A DNA stretch of 64,000 bases from Candidatus Marinacidobacterales bacterium (GCA_965226495.1 OZ245365.1:5376001-5440000); one strand, 5' to 3'; positions 1-11,553 are shown, numbered from the stretch's first letter. Program-made: numbers and translations. The notes: generated by a model not told the origin, from the sequence alone.

Positions 1-949
1 CTGCGAGGTCCATCAAGGTTGGCAATACGTCGATAAGGCTCACATTCGTCGCCGCAATGCGCCTCGGCTCAACTCCCAATGCCGGCGCGTGGAACATCAT
101 CACGACGCGATTGAGCTCTACGAAGAGTCTCCCCCAGTGTTCCAAGCCTCCGTGATCACGGAACTCTTCTCCATGGTCAGACAGGACGACGGTAACCGTC
201 TCTTTACCCAAGCCCAAGGTCTCATGGATCTTCCGAATGTGCGCGTCGACGTATCCTAACTCACTAAGATACCTCGCCCGACGATCCTCGAGCTTCCCCT
301 CTTGCTTTTCGTAATACGGCTCGCGCGCATGATAGGGGACGTGGACATCATTCAAATGAAGATACAGAAAGAACGCTTTCGAAGCTAAAATTTCCTCTTT
401 CCACGCTTCCACGCGTTCGAGGACGACGCCCGCCGAAGACTTTCTGATCTGTTCGAAACGATCGAAGCCGCGACTAAAACCGATCTCGTCACCGATGTTG
501 ACGTTGGTCGCGATTCCGAAGGTGCCATAGCCCATTGACTGAAATAGTTCCGGGAGCAGTGCGCGATCGGACGGCAAGCGGTTGAGCGGAATGATCTCCT
601 TTCCCCCTTGTTCCCGCCGCCTCGTCCGTACGTGGTGCATCATGAAACCCTCGACGACCCCATGCTGCGGAGGGTAGAGAGATGTGAAGAGCGACGAGGT
701 ACTGGGGGCTGTCCAGGATGACGTCGAAAAGGCGCGTTCGAAGACCACCGACTCGTTGGCCAACCCCGCCAAGAAGGGCGCCATCTCCTTTTCGTAGCCA
801 TAGAAGCCCAAATAGTCCGGGCGGAGGGTGTCGAGGAGAATCACCACCACGTTCGGTCGCTGCGGTGGCTCGCCCGGCGCGCAACTACATGTTGCAAGCA
901 TCGCGAACAGCAGCATCCGAACGATCCGGTTCGAGGCGTCTGGTTCCAT
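1..949 (-). CDS. Sulfatase-like hydrolase/transferase (alkaline phosphatase superfamily); runs off the left edge of the window
   Basis: Not in the ORF track. My translation from ATG 949 gives [23 protein letters not shown]...[22 protein letters not shown]...[17 protein letters not shown]...[13 protein letters not shown]...[10 protein letters not shown]...[10 protein letters not shown]. Confidence 0.9.
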   Translation of the reverse strand, partial: MEPDASNRIVRMLLFAMLATCSCAPGEPPQRPNVVVILLDTLRPDYLGFYGYEKEMAPFLAGLANESVVFERAFSTSSWTAPSTSSLFTSLYPPQHGVVEGFMMHHVRTRRREQGGKEIIPLNRLPSDRALLPELFQSMGYGTFGIATNVNIGDEIGFSRGFDRFEQIRKSSAGVVLERVEAWKEEILASKAFFLYLHLNDVHVPYHAREPYYEKQEGKLEDRRARYLSELGYVDAHIRKIHETLGLGKETVTVVLSDHGEEFRDHGGLEHWGRLFVELNRVVMMFHAPALGVEPRRIAATNVSLIDVLPTLMDLA

Positions 950-1028
950 GCGGTTAACCCTTTCGCCCGACATGCTAGCACCGGCCGGGAACTTTTCCGA
1001 GCGCCCGACCGTTAACAGTTCTAGCACT

Positions 1029-3479
1029 ATGAAACTAAGATACGTCTTGCGTAAACTCGCTATAACCCCTTTATTTACAGCCGTCTCGGTGCTGACGCTC
1101 GCACTCGGCATCGGCGCCAATACGGCCATTTTCAGTGTCGTCAACGGGGTCTTGCTGAAGCCCCTCCCCTTCGACGATCCGGAGGCCCTGGTCGGTGCCT
1201 GGCACACCGCACCCGGCCTCGGCTTCGATGAGGTCAATCAGTCACCCGCAACGTATTTCACCTATCGGGAAGAGAGCCGAACGTTTGAAGACATCGGCAT
1301 GTGGGACAACAGCCAGGTCTCGGTCACCGGGCTCGAGGAGCCCGAAGAGGTCGAAGCGGTGCGGGTAAGCGACGGTACCTTTCCCATCCTTCGCGTCCAC
1401 GCGGAGATAGGGCGAGTCTTCAGCCGGGAGGACGACTCCCCCGACGCACCGGAGACGGTCATCCTCGGCCATGGGTACTGGCAAGCGCGCTTCGGCGGAG
1501 ATCGGGACGTTCTCGGCAAGACGCTTCGAGTCGACGGAAAGCCCAGAGAAATCATCGGGGTCATGCCGGCCAACCTGCGGTTTCTGCGTTTCGACCCAGC
1601 GGTTTACTTGCCCTTCCAGTGGGACCGCGCCGAAGTCTTCATGGGGAACTTTAGTTACCAGGCGCTCGCACGCCTAAAACCCGGCGCCACCGTCGAGCAA
1701 GCGAATGCCGATGTGGATCGCATGATCCCGATGGCGGTGGAGAAGTTCCCGAAAGGGATCACACTCGCCAATCTACGCGAGGCCCGAGTCGGCCCGCTGA
1801 TCCGTCCCCTCAAAGAGGATGTGGTCGGAGACATCGGTAACGTGCTCTGGGTACTGCTGGGAACGGTGGGGGTGGTCCTTCTTGTCGCGTGTGCCAACGT
1901 CGCGAACCTCTTTCTCGTTCGGGCAGAAGGCCGGCAGCAAGAGCTGGCCGTTCGGACAGCCTTGGGGGCGGACCGGCGCCAACTCGCAAAAGAGTTGCTG
2001 CTCGAGAGCATCGCGCTAGGCATCCTGGGTGGACTGGCGGGATTGGTGTTCGCCTATGGCGGGATCCGACTCCTGGTCGCCATGGGCGCGGATAGCCTAC
2101 CGAGACTCGATGAGATCGCGATCGACCCCCTGGTTCTATTGTTTACCCTCGGGATCTCGCTCTTGGCGGGGTTGCTTCTCGGACTCCTCCCCGTCTTCAA
2201 GTTCCGCAGCCTCAACCTCGTGTCGGCCCTGAAAGAAGGAGGTCGCGGAGGAAGCGAAGGGAAGGAGCGTCACCGAGCGAGGAGCGTTTTGGTTGTCTCG
2301 CAGATTGCGCTTGCGTTGATTCTACTGATTGCTTCAGGTCTCATGATCCGAAGTTTTCAAGCCTTGAAGCGCGTGCACCCCGGATTCGAGCAACCGGAGG
2401 AGGTTTTGACACTCCGCCTCTTCATTCCCGAAGCCGAGGTCGAGGACAAAGTCAAAGTGGCACGGACTCACCAGCAGATCCTGGAACGAATCAAGGCCAT
2501 CCCTGGCGTCGACTCGGTGGGTCTTTCTTCCTCGATCACGATGGATGGTTGGGACAGCAACGACGCGGTTTACGTAGAGGGTTTCCTTCCCGCGTCGGAA
2601 GATCAGCTCCCGCCTATTCGTCGTTTCAAGTGGGTCTCCGAGAATTACTTCGAGACCATGGGGAATCCCGTGTTAGCAGGGCGCTCCATCACTTGGGCCG
2701 ACATCTACAGTTATGTACCGGTCGTCGTGGTAACGGAGAACTTCGCCCGCGAGTATTGGGAAGAGCCGGCGAAGGCGATCGGAAAGCGTATAAGGCAGAA
2801 CAAGGATAACCCCTGGCGAGAGATCATCGGCGTTGTTGGCAACGTGCACGACGACGGAGTCAGCGAAGAAGCGACGGCGGTGATCTACTGGCCAATGATC
2901 GTCAAAGACTTTTGGGACGAGGAGCTCGTCACGCGCCGAGCGATGGCCTACGCGATCCGAACCGATCGCACCGCGTCACCGAGCCTCCTCAAGGAGGTAC
3001 GGCAAGCGGTCTGGTCGGTGAACCCCAACCTTCCGCTCGCCAACGTCGCCACGCTCACTGAGATCCACCAGGAATCGATGGCCCGGACATCTTTTACGCT
3101 GATCCTGCTCGGCATCGCGGCCGGTCTCGCTCTTCTCCTAGGCGCGGTCGGGATCTACGGCGTCATCTCCTACGTGGTCTCACAACGCACGCAGGAGATC
3201 GGCGTTCGGATCGCGCTCGGCGCGAGCAACGTGGACGTGATCCGTTTGGTCCTTCGTCAAGGCCTACTTCTGACCGGAACCGGGTTGTTGCTGGGACTCG
3301 CCGTCTCGGTGGGTCTCACCCGACTCATGGCGGCGCTGCTCTTCGGCGTGAGCCCCGCGGACCCATTGACCTATAGTACGGTTTCCGCGGGCCTCGCGGG
3401 CGTCGCGCTTCTGGCCAGCTACTTGCCGGCGCGACGCGCCGCCGGCCTAGACCCAACCGAGGCCCTAAGATGGGAATGA
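1029..3479 (+). CDS. ADOP-type (MacB/FtsX duplicated) ABC permease
   Basis: [32 protein letters not shown] and [25 protein letters not shown] motifs. Start moved to ATG 1029 because the longer ORF overlaps the sulfatase. Confidence 0.92.
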   Translation: MKLRYVLRKLAITPLFTAVSVLTLALGIGANTAIFSVVNGVLLKPLPFDDPEALVGAWHTAPGLGFDEVNQSPATYFTYREESRTFEDIGMWDNSQVSVTGLEEPEEVEAVRVSDGTFPILRVHAEIGRVFSREDDSPDAPETVILGHGYWQARFGGDRDVLGKTLRVDGKPREIIGVMPANLRFLRFDPAVYLPFQWDRAEVFMGNFSYQALARLKPGATVEQANADVDRMIPMAVEKFPKGITLANLREARVGPLIRPLKEDVVGDIGNVLWVLLGTVGVVLLVACANVANLFLVRAEGRQQELAVRTALGADRRQLAKELLLESIALGILGGLAGLVFAYGGIRLLVAMGADSLPRLDEIAIDPLVLLFTLGISLLAGLLLGLLPVFKFRSLNLVSALKEGGRGGSEGKERHRARSVLVVSQIALALILLIASGLMIRSFQALKRVHPGFEQPEEVLTLRLFIPEAEVEDKVKVARTHQQILERIKAIPGVDSVGLSSSITMDGWDSNDAVYVEGFLPASEDQLPPIRRFKWVSENYFETMGNPVLAGRSITWADIYSYVPVVVVTENFAREYWEEPAKAIGKRIRQNKDNPWREIIGVVGNVHDDGVSEEATAVIYWPMIVKDFWDEELVTRRAMAYAIRTDRTASPSLLKEVRQAVWSVNPNLPLANVATLTEIHQESMARTSFTLILLGIAAGLALLLGAVGIYGVISYVVSQRTQEIGVRIALGASNVDVIRLVLRQGLLLTGTGLLLGLAVSVGLTRLMAALLFGVSPADPLTYSTVSAGLAGVALLASYLPARRAAGLDPTEALRWE

Positions 3480-3498
3480 CACGTGAGTAGTTAAGAGG

Positions 3499-5645
3499 TC
3501 AATCGACCCATCCCAGCACATTGCGGGCAACCGACCAACGAGGCTCCGTTTCCTCGGCGTCTTTCCCCAGGACCCAATAATCGAAGAGCTCCCGGAGGGT
3601 CCCATCTTTCGTTTTGAGCTCGATCCACGTATCGAGAAACGCTGCCATCTCCTGGTCACCTCCCGCCACCACGTAGACCAGGGGCAGCTTGAGCGGATCG
3701 GGCTGCGGCACCACCACAGAGTACTCCGGATACAGAAGGCTCCATGCCGACCCGCGCTCGGCCGTCATGACCCCGGCATCCACCTCATCGCCTAGCTCGT
3801 CGAAGAACTCGGAGATCGTATCGATCGTCCTCACCTTGGCGTCTGGTAAGAGTCTTCGAATCCTCACGGTGATCTCTTGAAACGGCATGGTCGCGATCGT
3901 AACCGCGCCTAGCTTCCTAGCGGACTGCCAATCGCGAAATTCCGCGCGACGATGATCTTTGACTATGAAAGCCAGGGTCTCATCCATATAAGCCTGAGAC
4001 AGCGTCATGAGACGCGCCCGTTTCGTTGTCACCGCGAATCCCGACATGATGACGTCCCACCGGCTTCCATCTAGCTCTTCGAACAACTTGGTCCGATCGA
4101 CCGGAACGAACTCGAGCTCGACACCGAGCTCTCCGGCCAACTGGTGAGCCATATCCACATCGAATCCGACGAGATCTCCCGCGCCGTTAAAGAAGGCATA
4201 GGGTAGGCTGTCCAAGAAGAATCCCACCCTCAAGAATCCTCTCTCTTCGATCAGTTCCAAACGACTGAGACGATCGGAGAGCGGGAGCGGTTCCGGCGGG
4301 GCGTCACGGTATACCCGCACCGACGCCGGGGTTCGGACGAGGTGCATCCCTGCAATGATCTGATCCTGGTCGTATTGCTGATGGAGCGAGTGGCTGAACA
4401 TGAAACGGGCCCCGCCTATGGTCACGATCGTCAAAGCCAGGCTGACACCCAGATAGCGGAAGACCCTTCGCACGTTGAACGTCAGCACTCCGAGAACGGC
4501 GCAAACTCCGACCCACGCTACGGTCACGGTGTGCATCGCAGCAACGAGAGTGCCGAACCGAGACTGGACGATGTCCGTCGTCACGTAGAGCTCGAACAAG
4601 TCCGCCGGTATCTCGAAGAGATCCAGAAGAAACGGGATGGCCGCGTGGGTGCTTCCGAATAGAGTCACGAGGCCGGTCAATGCCAGCTTCGGATACTCTG
4701 ATACTGCGACGACCGACTCGGAGAACCATCCCGCGAAAAGGACGAAACTCAGCGTCAACAGCTTGCCGATGTGAGGAAAGTTGAAAGAAGAAGAAACGAT
4801 GACGTCGGTGACGTCGTCCGACTCATGAGATACCAGCTTGTGCCGGTGCAGAAGCTCCTTACTTTTGTCCATGAGAATGGGCAAGACGACAAACAGACTG
4901 CCGGTCATGAACGCGGTAATGAGCGCATCCTTCGTTTGAACGATCACTTCGCCATGCTTGATGGGAGTCACAATAGAAATCAACCCCGGAAGTAACCAGA
5001 GCGTGATCAGCAGTGCCACCGCCACATAGATGATGAGATAGACCTGAATGCGTCCAAACTCGTGGACCGTCATCGTACCCGCGGCGTTAGAGGCGATGGC
5101 GAAGATGCCGAATGGTGTCAATTGGACGACGAGGTGGTTAGCTCGGGAAATCGTCCTCTGGATGGTGTGAAGTGTGTCGAGGAGTCCCTCCTGCTTTTCC
5201 ACGCCGATCAATGCCGCTCCTAGGAGCACGCTGAACAAGACCACCGCAGGAACGACGGCATTTGCCAAAGAATGAAACGGGTTGGCAGGAATATAGAGCT
5301 CGAGAAAATTAAAGGGCTCGCTACGCTCCAGCAAGCTCGCGCTGAAAAACGACGCAGTCTCCCAAAGGAGGGAAGGCTAGCGGCATGAGGAACACCATCG
5401 CCAGCCCCAATATCCAGCGCGACCAGCACCGCACCGACTCTTCGGACCATGAGGACAGCGTGCTTGTAGTCCAGACTTCCGATTCCCACGATCAAAGAAA
5501 CCGTGACATAGGGGAGCACCGTCATATGGAGAAGCTCTATGAATGCCTCGGCGGGATAGTGCATGAACACCATGGACTCGCCGAAGAAGACACCAAGGGT
5601 GATGCCAGAAGCGAGTCCAACGTAGATCTTGGTCGAGAAGCTCAT
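3499..5645 (-). CDS. Dicarboxylate/amino acid:cation symporter (DAACS) fused to a C-terminal family-3 solute-binding domain; two apparent frameshifts near 5415 and 5365
   Basis: ORFs 5220..5645 and 3499..5334 join into one membrane protein (...ALWILGLAMVFLMPLAFPPWETASFFSASLLERSEPF...). It has IPANPFHSLA, and the C-terminal domain has GFLRVG...PYAF...GDLVGFDVDMA. Confidence 0.85.
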
Positions 5646-5697
5646 GAGAAGCGTTCGCGCGCCGGGAGCTTACACCTCTTGGTGCACTCGCCGCCAC

Positions 5698-7707
5698 TTA
5701 CGGACACGCGTAAGGCTCCCTTGTCAACGCATCCCAGATCTCACCCAACGACGTGTTCACGCACCACGCGCGCTCATGGAGGGCGCTCCATACGCCGCCC
5801 GCCTTCGCCCGCGCCTTGATAGTCATTCGGGATCCGCGAAGCGTGATCTCTTCTGCGTTCTCAGCGAGACGAGCGCTTGCGGCCGCTTCCCCTCCCGATA
5901 CACGAGGATCGACCCCGTCAATCGTATAGAAGATCCGCCCCCTCGGATTGGGATTGTGTAGTCGCGTAGAAGGCGCCGACAGAAACCCCGGACGAGTGGT
6001 ATCGAATTCGGGTGGATCGAGACGCGGATAATAGCCTTCCTGGCGAAGCACCTTTATGAGGCGCTCGACGCTCCCGGTCATCATCGTTTCGACCCTCTCC
6101 ACCTCCGTGTAAAAAGTGTTCTCCCGAGTTCGCGTGGTCGCACCTAGCCCCTTACGTGCATCTCCCCAGCGAGCCGACTCCGCTACCACCGCATCCTCGA
6201 TGAAATCGCTGAGAGCCCGCCACCTCGCTATCGAATTCTCCTCGGTAAGGGCGCCACCATGGAAACAGTGCTTGAAGACTCGATCGGCGAAGATCGTCAT
6301 GAACTCGGGACTCTTCCGAAGCGCGTGCCAGATTCCTACCATAGCCTGGTCCTGACGATCCTCCGACGAGCGAAAAGGCTCCTGAAGGTTCCAGGCGGAG
6401 CCAGAGTCGCGGCGAGCCCCATCGGGGCGACGCATACTAACCCAGCTCACTTCCGCATCCCACACAAAGAATCGAAATGGAGAGGCCGGGTGATTGCGAT
6501 TGCCCCCGTACCAGTTGTTCCTGGGCCAGTCGCCGAAGCCGGCCATGAACGCTAGAACCATGTAGTCGGCGAACCATTCGATATCGAGATACTCTTGCAC
6601 CTCACCATAGTTGTCGGGGTCGCGAAGGTCCTTATCCTTGAGCGAGCCCCGAAGATAGTCCCACCGCCCGGGGTGACCTTGGAACGGCCCGCGGTGGTTG
6701 ACCGCAAACCAATCTTCCTTTGCCCCTCCAAAGGTGGCCGACGTAAACCAGGCGTCTGGCCGCTCGCAGGCGTTATAGAGCCCCCAGTAGAGGCCGTTGA
6801 TGTATAGATGAACGAAGGTTCCGTGCGGCCCCGAGCCGGACATTGCGATCTGTGAATCCCGAGCCCATTGGTCTCGGACATACGTGGTTCGGTTTGGCAA
6901 GAAATTCATGGCAAACGAACGGATCGTCCCTGATCGCAAGACGATTCGGTCCAAAGTGTCGGTCGCCGAGTCACCGTTGAAGACGGCGTTGTCCTGGAAG
7001 AATGTCGTTTTCAGCTTCGCCGGGCCAAACTCTTTCTTGAACTTGAGCTTCAAGGAACGCTTCACCCCGGCGGCCGCGTGGGACTCCAAGGCGCAATTCT
7101 CTTGGAAGCTCCGTCCCGGGTGGTTCGGGTAAATGAACTCCGCAGACGCTTTTCGCGTGCGCCCGTCGTCGCGACTGGCGAAGTAGATCCCATCTACTCC
7201 GAACATGGCCGTCCGGTCGACGGCCAAAGACAACGTCGGGATCGACTTCAGCCCTCGAATGAGCGTTGCCCTCTGACTCGGATCGTCGACGATGTCGGGA
7301 TCCATTTCATAATCGAGCTCGACCGTCGTGTCCCTCCCCGCCGGAAGCAAGGGGGTCGGATAGCCTGCGACCTGCTTCGGCTGCCGAATCACGTCGTCTA
7401 GAAAGATGTAGGTTTGAGTATCTACGTTGCTCGGAAGTTTGCCTTGGGCGTAGGCGATGGCTCGTAACACAGTCGTCTCGGAAATGTCGACCGAAACGGG
7501 GTTTCGACCGCCCCTTCCATGGTCGGGTCCGGGGAGACTGCCGTCTGTGGTGTAACGGAGGAGAGAGCCTTCCGTTTCGGATTGGATAACCACCGTGAAT
7601 CCCACGGAGTAAAACCCTCGCTTGTAGTTGAACCTTGTGTCGGCCACCTGCTCCATCGAGCTGGCGATCCCGGAGGCCAGGAAAAGCGATGCGGCGAGCC
7701 AGATCAT
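5698..7707 (-). CDS. Secreted CotH-family kinase with flanking FN3-associated (CHB_HEX_C-like) domains
   Basis: N-terminal signal peptide. Ig-like motifs RYTTDGSLP and FYTIDGVDP. CotH motifs FVHLYINGLYWGLYNACER, DWPRNN and FVWDAE. Confidence 0.88.
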   Translation of the reverse strand: MIWLAASLFLASGIASSMEQVADTRFNYKRGFYSVGFTVVIQSETEGSLLRYTTDGSLPGPDHGRGGRNPVSVDISETTVLRAIAYAQGKLPSNVDTQTYIFLDDVIRQPKQVAGYPTPLLPAGRDTTVELDYEMDPDIVDDPSQRATLIRGLKSIPTLSLAVDRTAMFGVDGIYFASRDDGRTRKASAEFIYPNHPGRSFQENCALESHAAAGVKRSLKLKFKKEFGPAKLKTTFFQDNAVFNGDSATDTLDRIVLRSGTIRSFAMNFLPNRTTYVRDQWARDSQIAMSGSGPHGTFVHLYINGLYWGLYNACERPDAWFTSATFGGAKEDWFAVNHRGPFQGHPGRWDYLRGSLKDKDLRDPDNYGEVQEYLDIEWFADYMVLAFMAGFGDWPRNNWYGGNRNHPASPFRFFVWDAEVSWVSMRRPDGARRDSGSAWNLQEPFRSSEDRQDQAMVGIWHALRKSPEFMTIFADRVFKHCFHGGALTEENSIARWRALSDFIEDAVVAESARWGDARKGLGATTRTRENTFYTEVERVETMMTGSVERLIKVLRQEGYYPRLDPPEFDTTRPGFLSAPSTRLHNPNPRGRIFYTIDGVDPRVSGGEAAASARLAENAEEITLRGSRMTIKARAKAGGVWSALHERAWCVNTSLGEIWDALTREPYACP

Positions 7708-7794
7708 CGGCCTGATTATAGGCTGACTCGTGCGGTTGAAGCGGCGGCTTGCCCGTTAGAAGCGGCTAGACTAACATCGCTCGACTCGAAGGCT

Positions 7795-9135
7795 ATGCTG
7801 CGGACAGAGGCTTCTCTCAAAGACCTAGGGCTATACCGCCTTATTCCCGCGAGCCTGACGATCTTGACCATCAGTTTGTCGGGCTGCAGCCCCCCTTCGC
7901 AGGACAGTATGTACTCGCTTATGGACGGCCTCCAGGAAGCCAGCAAGCATTTCGAGGGCGGTCGTTATCCAGATTTCGTCGGCGAACCGAGCGCCTCCGG
8001 CCCGGTGGAGATCGCCGGGAGAGAGATGGAGGCGTTAACACCCCCGTTTCCATCCACGACGAGTTTCGAGATCGTAGTGCCTCGCGCAGGCTTCCTCGAG
8101 TTCTCACCGGCTCTGATCATGGCGCAACGCGTTCGACGCGCCCGAGTCGAGTATCGAATCATTCTGGAGGGGCTGGAGGGGCCTGATGGCGACGAAACTA
8201 CCAGTGTCTACCGGGAGACATTTCGAGCCAACGAAGCCAATCAGTGGCACGATCGCCGGGTCGATTTATCGCCCTGGGAAGGCCAGACCATCGTCTTGAC
8301 GTTTTCGACGCAGACGATCCCCCCGCGCGAGAACGCCTTGTGGGCCGAGCGCATCCAGACTGCGTGGGGAGATCCGATCCTTGCCGAACGTCCATGGAAC
8401 TTGTTGGCGAATAGCATCGAACGGCTCCCCTCCGAATCCGTCAATTGGTTGGGAGAACAATTCGACGACTCCGGCCTCGGACCGGACGAGCAAGTCATGA
8501 CGGCGCGCTTCTTCATCAACCTCCTGGTGGGCGGTCTGTTGGCGCTGGCAATCCGTGAGCTCTACAGACGCTACTCTTCGACGGTTATCAACCGGGAGTC
8601 TTTTGCAGACATGCTCCCGCTCTTCACACTGAGCACGATTGTCGTCATCTCGGTCGTACAATATTCTCCCGCGCTTGCCTTAGGACTTATCGGCGCCTTG
8701 TCCATTGTTAGGTTTCGAACCTCGATCGCGAGTCCCGAAGAGCTCGTTTATCTCCTGGTGTGTGTTGGCCTCGGCGTAGCATTGGGAGGAAACCACATGC
8801 TGCTAGGAATCACGACAGTGAGTGTGATAGCGCCCTTCGTCATATGGTTGAGAGGGTCGGGTGAAGCTAGGACTCCTGACCGCTTGGTTCTCACCGTGAC
8901 CGGAGATGCGAGTCGTTTCTTCTCGAGCGACGGCCCGAGCGTCGTCGACATCGTTCAGCGCATGACTAAAGTCATGACCGTGGACAGGCTCGACTATCAG
9001 GCGAAAGAAGTGTTCTTTCGAGCGCAGATTGTGGTCGAGAACCGTGACCGCGCCATAGAGCTGCTGACAACGCTTCGGGGAAGGGTTCGCCAATGCGAAA
9101 TTTCGACGCACGATACGAGCACGTCTGGGCATTAA
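7795..9135 (+). CDS. DUF4956 membrane protein with an N-terminal lipoprotein-type beta-rich ectodomain
   Basis: Lipobox-like LTISLSGC. Ectodomain motif WHDRRVDLSPWEGQTIVLTFST...AWGDP. DUF4956 signature ALALGLIGALSIVRFRTSIASPEELVYL. Start is uncertain. Confidence 0.85.
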   Translation: MLRTEASLKDLGLYRLIPASLTILTISLSGCSPPSQDSMYSLMDGLQEASKHFEGGRYPDFVGEPSASGPVEIAGREMEALTPPFPSTTSFEIVVPRAGFLEFSPALIMAQRVRRARVEYRIILEGLEGPDGDETTSVYRETFRANEANQWHDRRVDLSPWEGQTIVLTFSTQTIPPRENALWAERIQTAWGDPILAERPWNLLANSIERLPSESVNWLGEQFDDSGLGPDEQVMTARFFINLLVGGLLALAIRELYRRYSSTVINRESFADMLPLFTLSTIVVISVVQYSPALALGLIGALSIVRFRTSIASPEELVYLLVCVGLGVALGGNHMLLGITTVSVIAPFVIWLRGSGEARTPDRLVLTVTGDASRFFSSDGPSVVDIVQRMTKVMTVDRLDYQAKEVFFRAQIVVENRDRAIELLTTLRGRVRQCEISTHDTSTSGH

Positions 9136-9169
9136 ATGGATCAGTGCGCGCTCAATCGTCGATCACGGC

Positions 9170-9356
9170 CGCGGGGCCCCACCGACATTACTGCATCACA
9201 GCTCGCGGGGACCCCACCCCCACGAGCTACAACTGGGCTGATGGCTCCGGCTCTCGATTCGCGTCTCGCTTCCCGCCTACGCTCTTCGAGCTTCGGCGAG
9301 GTCCCGCCGCAGCCTTGGCAAAGGCGGACGCTCGCGCTGCGCTCGGGCTGAGGGCT
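9170..9356. repeat. REP-like GC-rich palindromic intergenic element
   Basis: The reverse complement shares gccctcagcccg, gcgcagcgc and ggggtgggg(t/c)ccc with 48773-48987. It contains internal hairpins. Confidence 0.5.
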
Positions 9357-9386
9357 CTGCCGCCGACCGAAGCTGGGTGAGTCCGT

Positions 9387-11513
9387 ATGGACCTTGTTCG
9401 CTCCGTCTGCGTCCTGTTGATCTCTACGGGGTTCCTCGCCGCCGAACCTCCGCAGGCGCTCAATCAGGTCAAGGACACTCGCTTCAACTACAAACGCGGG
9501 TTCTATTCTTCAGGCATCACCGTGCTCATCTCCTCCAATACCGACGGAGCACGCATCCGCTACACACTCGACGGAAGTGCCCCGACGCCTACCCACGGAG
9601 GGGGAGACCGAAACCCCCTGACCGTGGACATAGACCGAACCACGACCTTGAGAGTTATCGCTTACAAGGAGGGAATGCTTTCCAGCAATGTAGACACTCA
9701 AACCTACCTCTTCCTAAAGGATGTCCTCGAGCAGCCGGCACGAGTTCCCGGCTACCCGAACCCCAAGCTGCCAAGCGGTATCCGTGAGATGGTGACGCTC
9801 GAATACGAAATGGACCCACGAGTCGTGCGCGATCGGCACGACCGGTTTGCCATGCGGCGCGGACTCGAATCCATCCCCACTCTCTCGATCGTCATGGACA
9901 AAGACGACCTGTTTCGACGGGTCACTCTACCTGGCAGCGACCGTACTGATGTTCTTGGAAGTGGGATCTATTGGGGAGGGAGCATGGAGGGAGGCCGTTT
10001 CGGAAGTCGGGAGGGGAGCACGCGGCCCGCATCCGTCGAGCTCTTGTACCCTCATCGACCTGCAAAGAACACCCAGGTAGATGCTGCCATCGAGGGACAC
10101 AGTTGGCGCCTCGTCAAACGGGCGTTCCGGCTCGTGTTCAAGAAGGAGTACGGTACGGGAAAATTCGAATCTTCCATCTTCCAAGACGCCCCACTGAATG
10201 GCGAGACCGCGGCCGGCGTTTACGATCGGATCGTGCTCCGTTCAGGGAAGAACCGTTCCTGGGCCACGAGCTGGTATCCCAACCGCACCGCCTATACGCG
10301 CGATCAATGGGCCAGGGATACTCAGATCGCGATGTCAGGGCTAGGCTCGCACGGCACGTTCGTGCATCTGTACCTCAACGGACTCTATTGGGGTGTCTAC
10401 AACGCGTGCGAAAGGCCCGACGCTTGGTTCTTGGCTGCACATCTGGGTGGATCGATGCAGGACTGGTTCGCGGTGAACGAAGATGGGCCTTTTCATGGAG
10501 ACCCGGCGCGGTGGAATTACCTGAGGCGCGAGCTCAAAGACAAGAATATGCGAGAACCTTCCCATTATGAAGAGCTCCAGAGGTACCTGGACATAGCAAA
10601 GTTCGCGGACTACATGATCCTCTGCTGGTACATGCACGATTGGGATTGGCCAGACTACAACTGGTTCGCGGGAAGCCGTATCAATCCCCCTTCTCCCATA
10701 ATGTTTTTCGTATGGGATGCTGAGCTCAGTTGGGAGACCGGCCCGGACGCGGCAGCTTGGGTGCATCCCCGTTTTCGAGCCGACCAAGATAGCGACGAAG
10801 CCAACATGGTAGGCATATGGCATTCGCTCAGAAAGAACAGTGACTTCATGATTCTATTTGCGGATCGCGTATATCGTCATTGTTTTAACGAGGGAGCTCT
10901 GACCCAGGTCAACGTCACGGAGCGTTGGCGGTTTCTCAATCGGTTCGTCGAGGACGCTCTTCTTGCTGAGTCGGCTCGTTGGGGTGACGCACGAGAAGAA
11001 GTGGGTGCGACGAGGCGAACTCGAGAGAATACGTTCTATCCAGAGGTGGAACGAGTCGCGGAGCGGATGCGTAGAAACGTCGAGAAGCTCATTGAGGCCT
11101 TACGTGAAGAGGGCTATTACCCTGCCCTCGATCCCCCGGAGCTAAAGGTTTCGACGGCCCTGACCGGTGGGAAGGTCGTTGAGTTGGGTAATCCCAATAG
11201 GCGCAACAGGCCTAACAGGCCCAACCGCGACAATGGAACCATCTATTACACGTTGACCGGCGAAGATCCTCGCTCTCCCGGCGGCGACCTTTCGCCGAAC
11301 GCCTTTCGCGGAGCTGCCGGGAAGAAAATTACGCTGGGGCTATCTGCGACTTTGAAGGCTCGTGTCAAGACCAACGGGCCCGAAGGCGAATGGAGTGCCC
11401 TTGCGGAAGCGATGCCCGGCTTCCTGGCTACGGTCAGAGCGAACCCGTCTTTTCTCTCGGGCCCTCCGCAGTTACATCGCTCGGCGATAGCGTCACATCC
11501 ATTGCGCCATTAG
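9387..11513 (+). CDS. Secreted CotH-family kinase with FN3-associated domains (paralogue of 5698..7707)
   Basis: Signal peptide. Shares DTRFNYKRGFYS, SNVDTQTY and RDQWARD blocks with the paralogue. CotH motifs GLYWGVYNACERPD, DWPDYN and FVWDAE. Confidence 0.88.
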   Translation: MDLVRSVCVLLISTGFLAAEPPQALNQVKDTRFNYKRGFYSSGITVLISSNTDGARIRYTLDGSAPTPTHGGGDRNPLTVDIDRTTTLRVIAYKEGMLSSNVDTQTYLFLKDVLEQPARVPGYPNPKLPSGIREMVTLEYEMDPRVVRDRHDRFAMRRGLESIPTLSIVMDKDDLFRRVTLPGSDRTDVLGSGIYWGGSMEGGRFGSREGSTRPASVELLYPHRPAKNTQVDAAIEGHSWRLVKRAFRLVFKKEYGTGKFESSIFQDAPLNGETAAGVYDRIVLRSGKNRSWATSWYPNRTAYTRDQWARDTQIAMSGLGSHGTFVHLYLNGLYWGVYNACERPDAWFLAAHLGGSMQDWFAVNEDGPFHGDPARWNYLRRELKDKNMREPSHYEELQRYLDIAKFADYMILCWYMHDWDWPDYNWFAGSRINPPSPIMFFVWDAELSWETGPDAAAWVHPRFRADQDSDEANMVGIWHSLRKNSDFMILFADRVYRHCFNEGALTQVNVTERWRFLNRFVEDALLAESARWGDAREEVGATRRTRENTFYPEVERVAERMRRNVEKLIEALREEGYYPALDPPELKVSTALTGGKVVELGNPNRRNRPNRPNRDNGTIYYTLTGEDPRSPGGDLSPNAFRGAAGKKITLGLSATLKARVKTNGPEGEWSALAEAMPGFLATVRANPSFLSGPPQLHRSAIASHPLRH

Positions 11514-11553
11514 TTTGGCTGGAGTATCATCTCGGCCACAGAAGGAAGACGAC

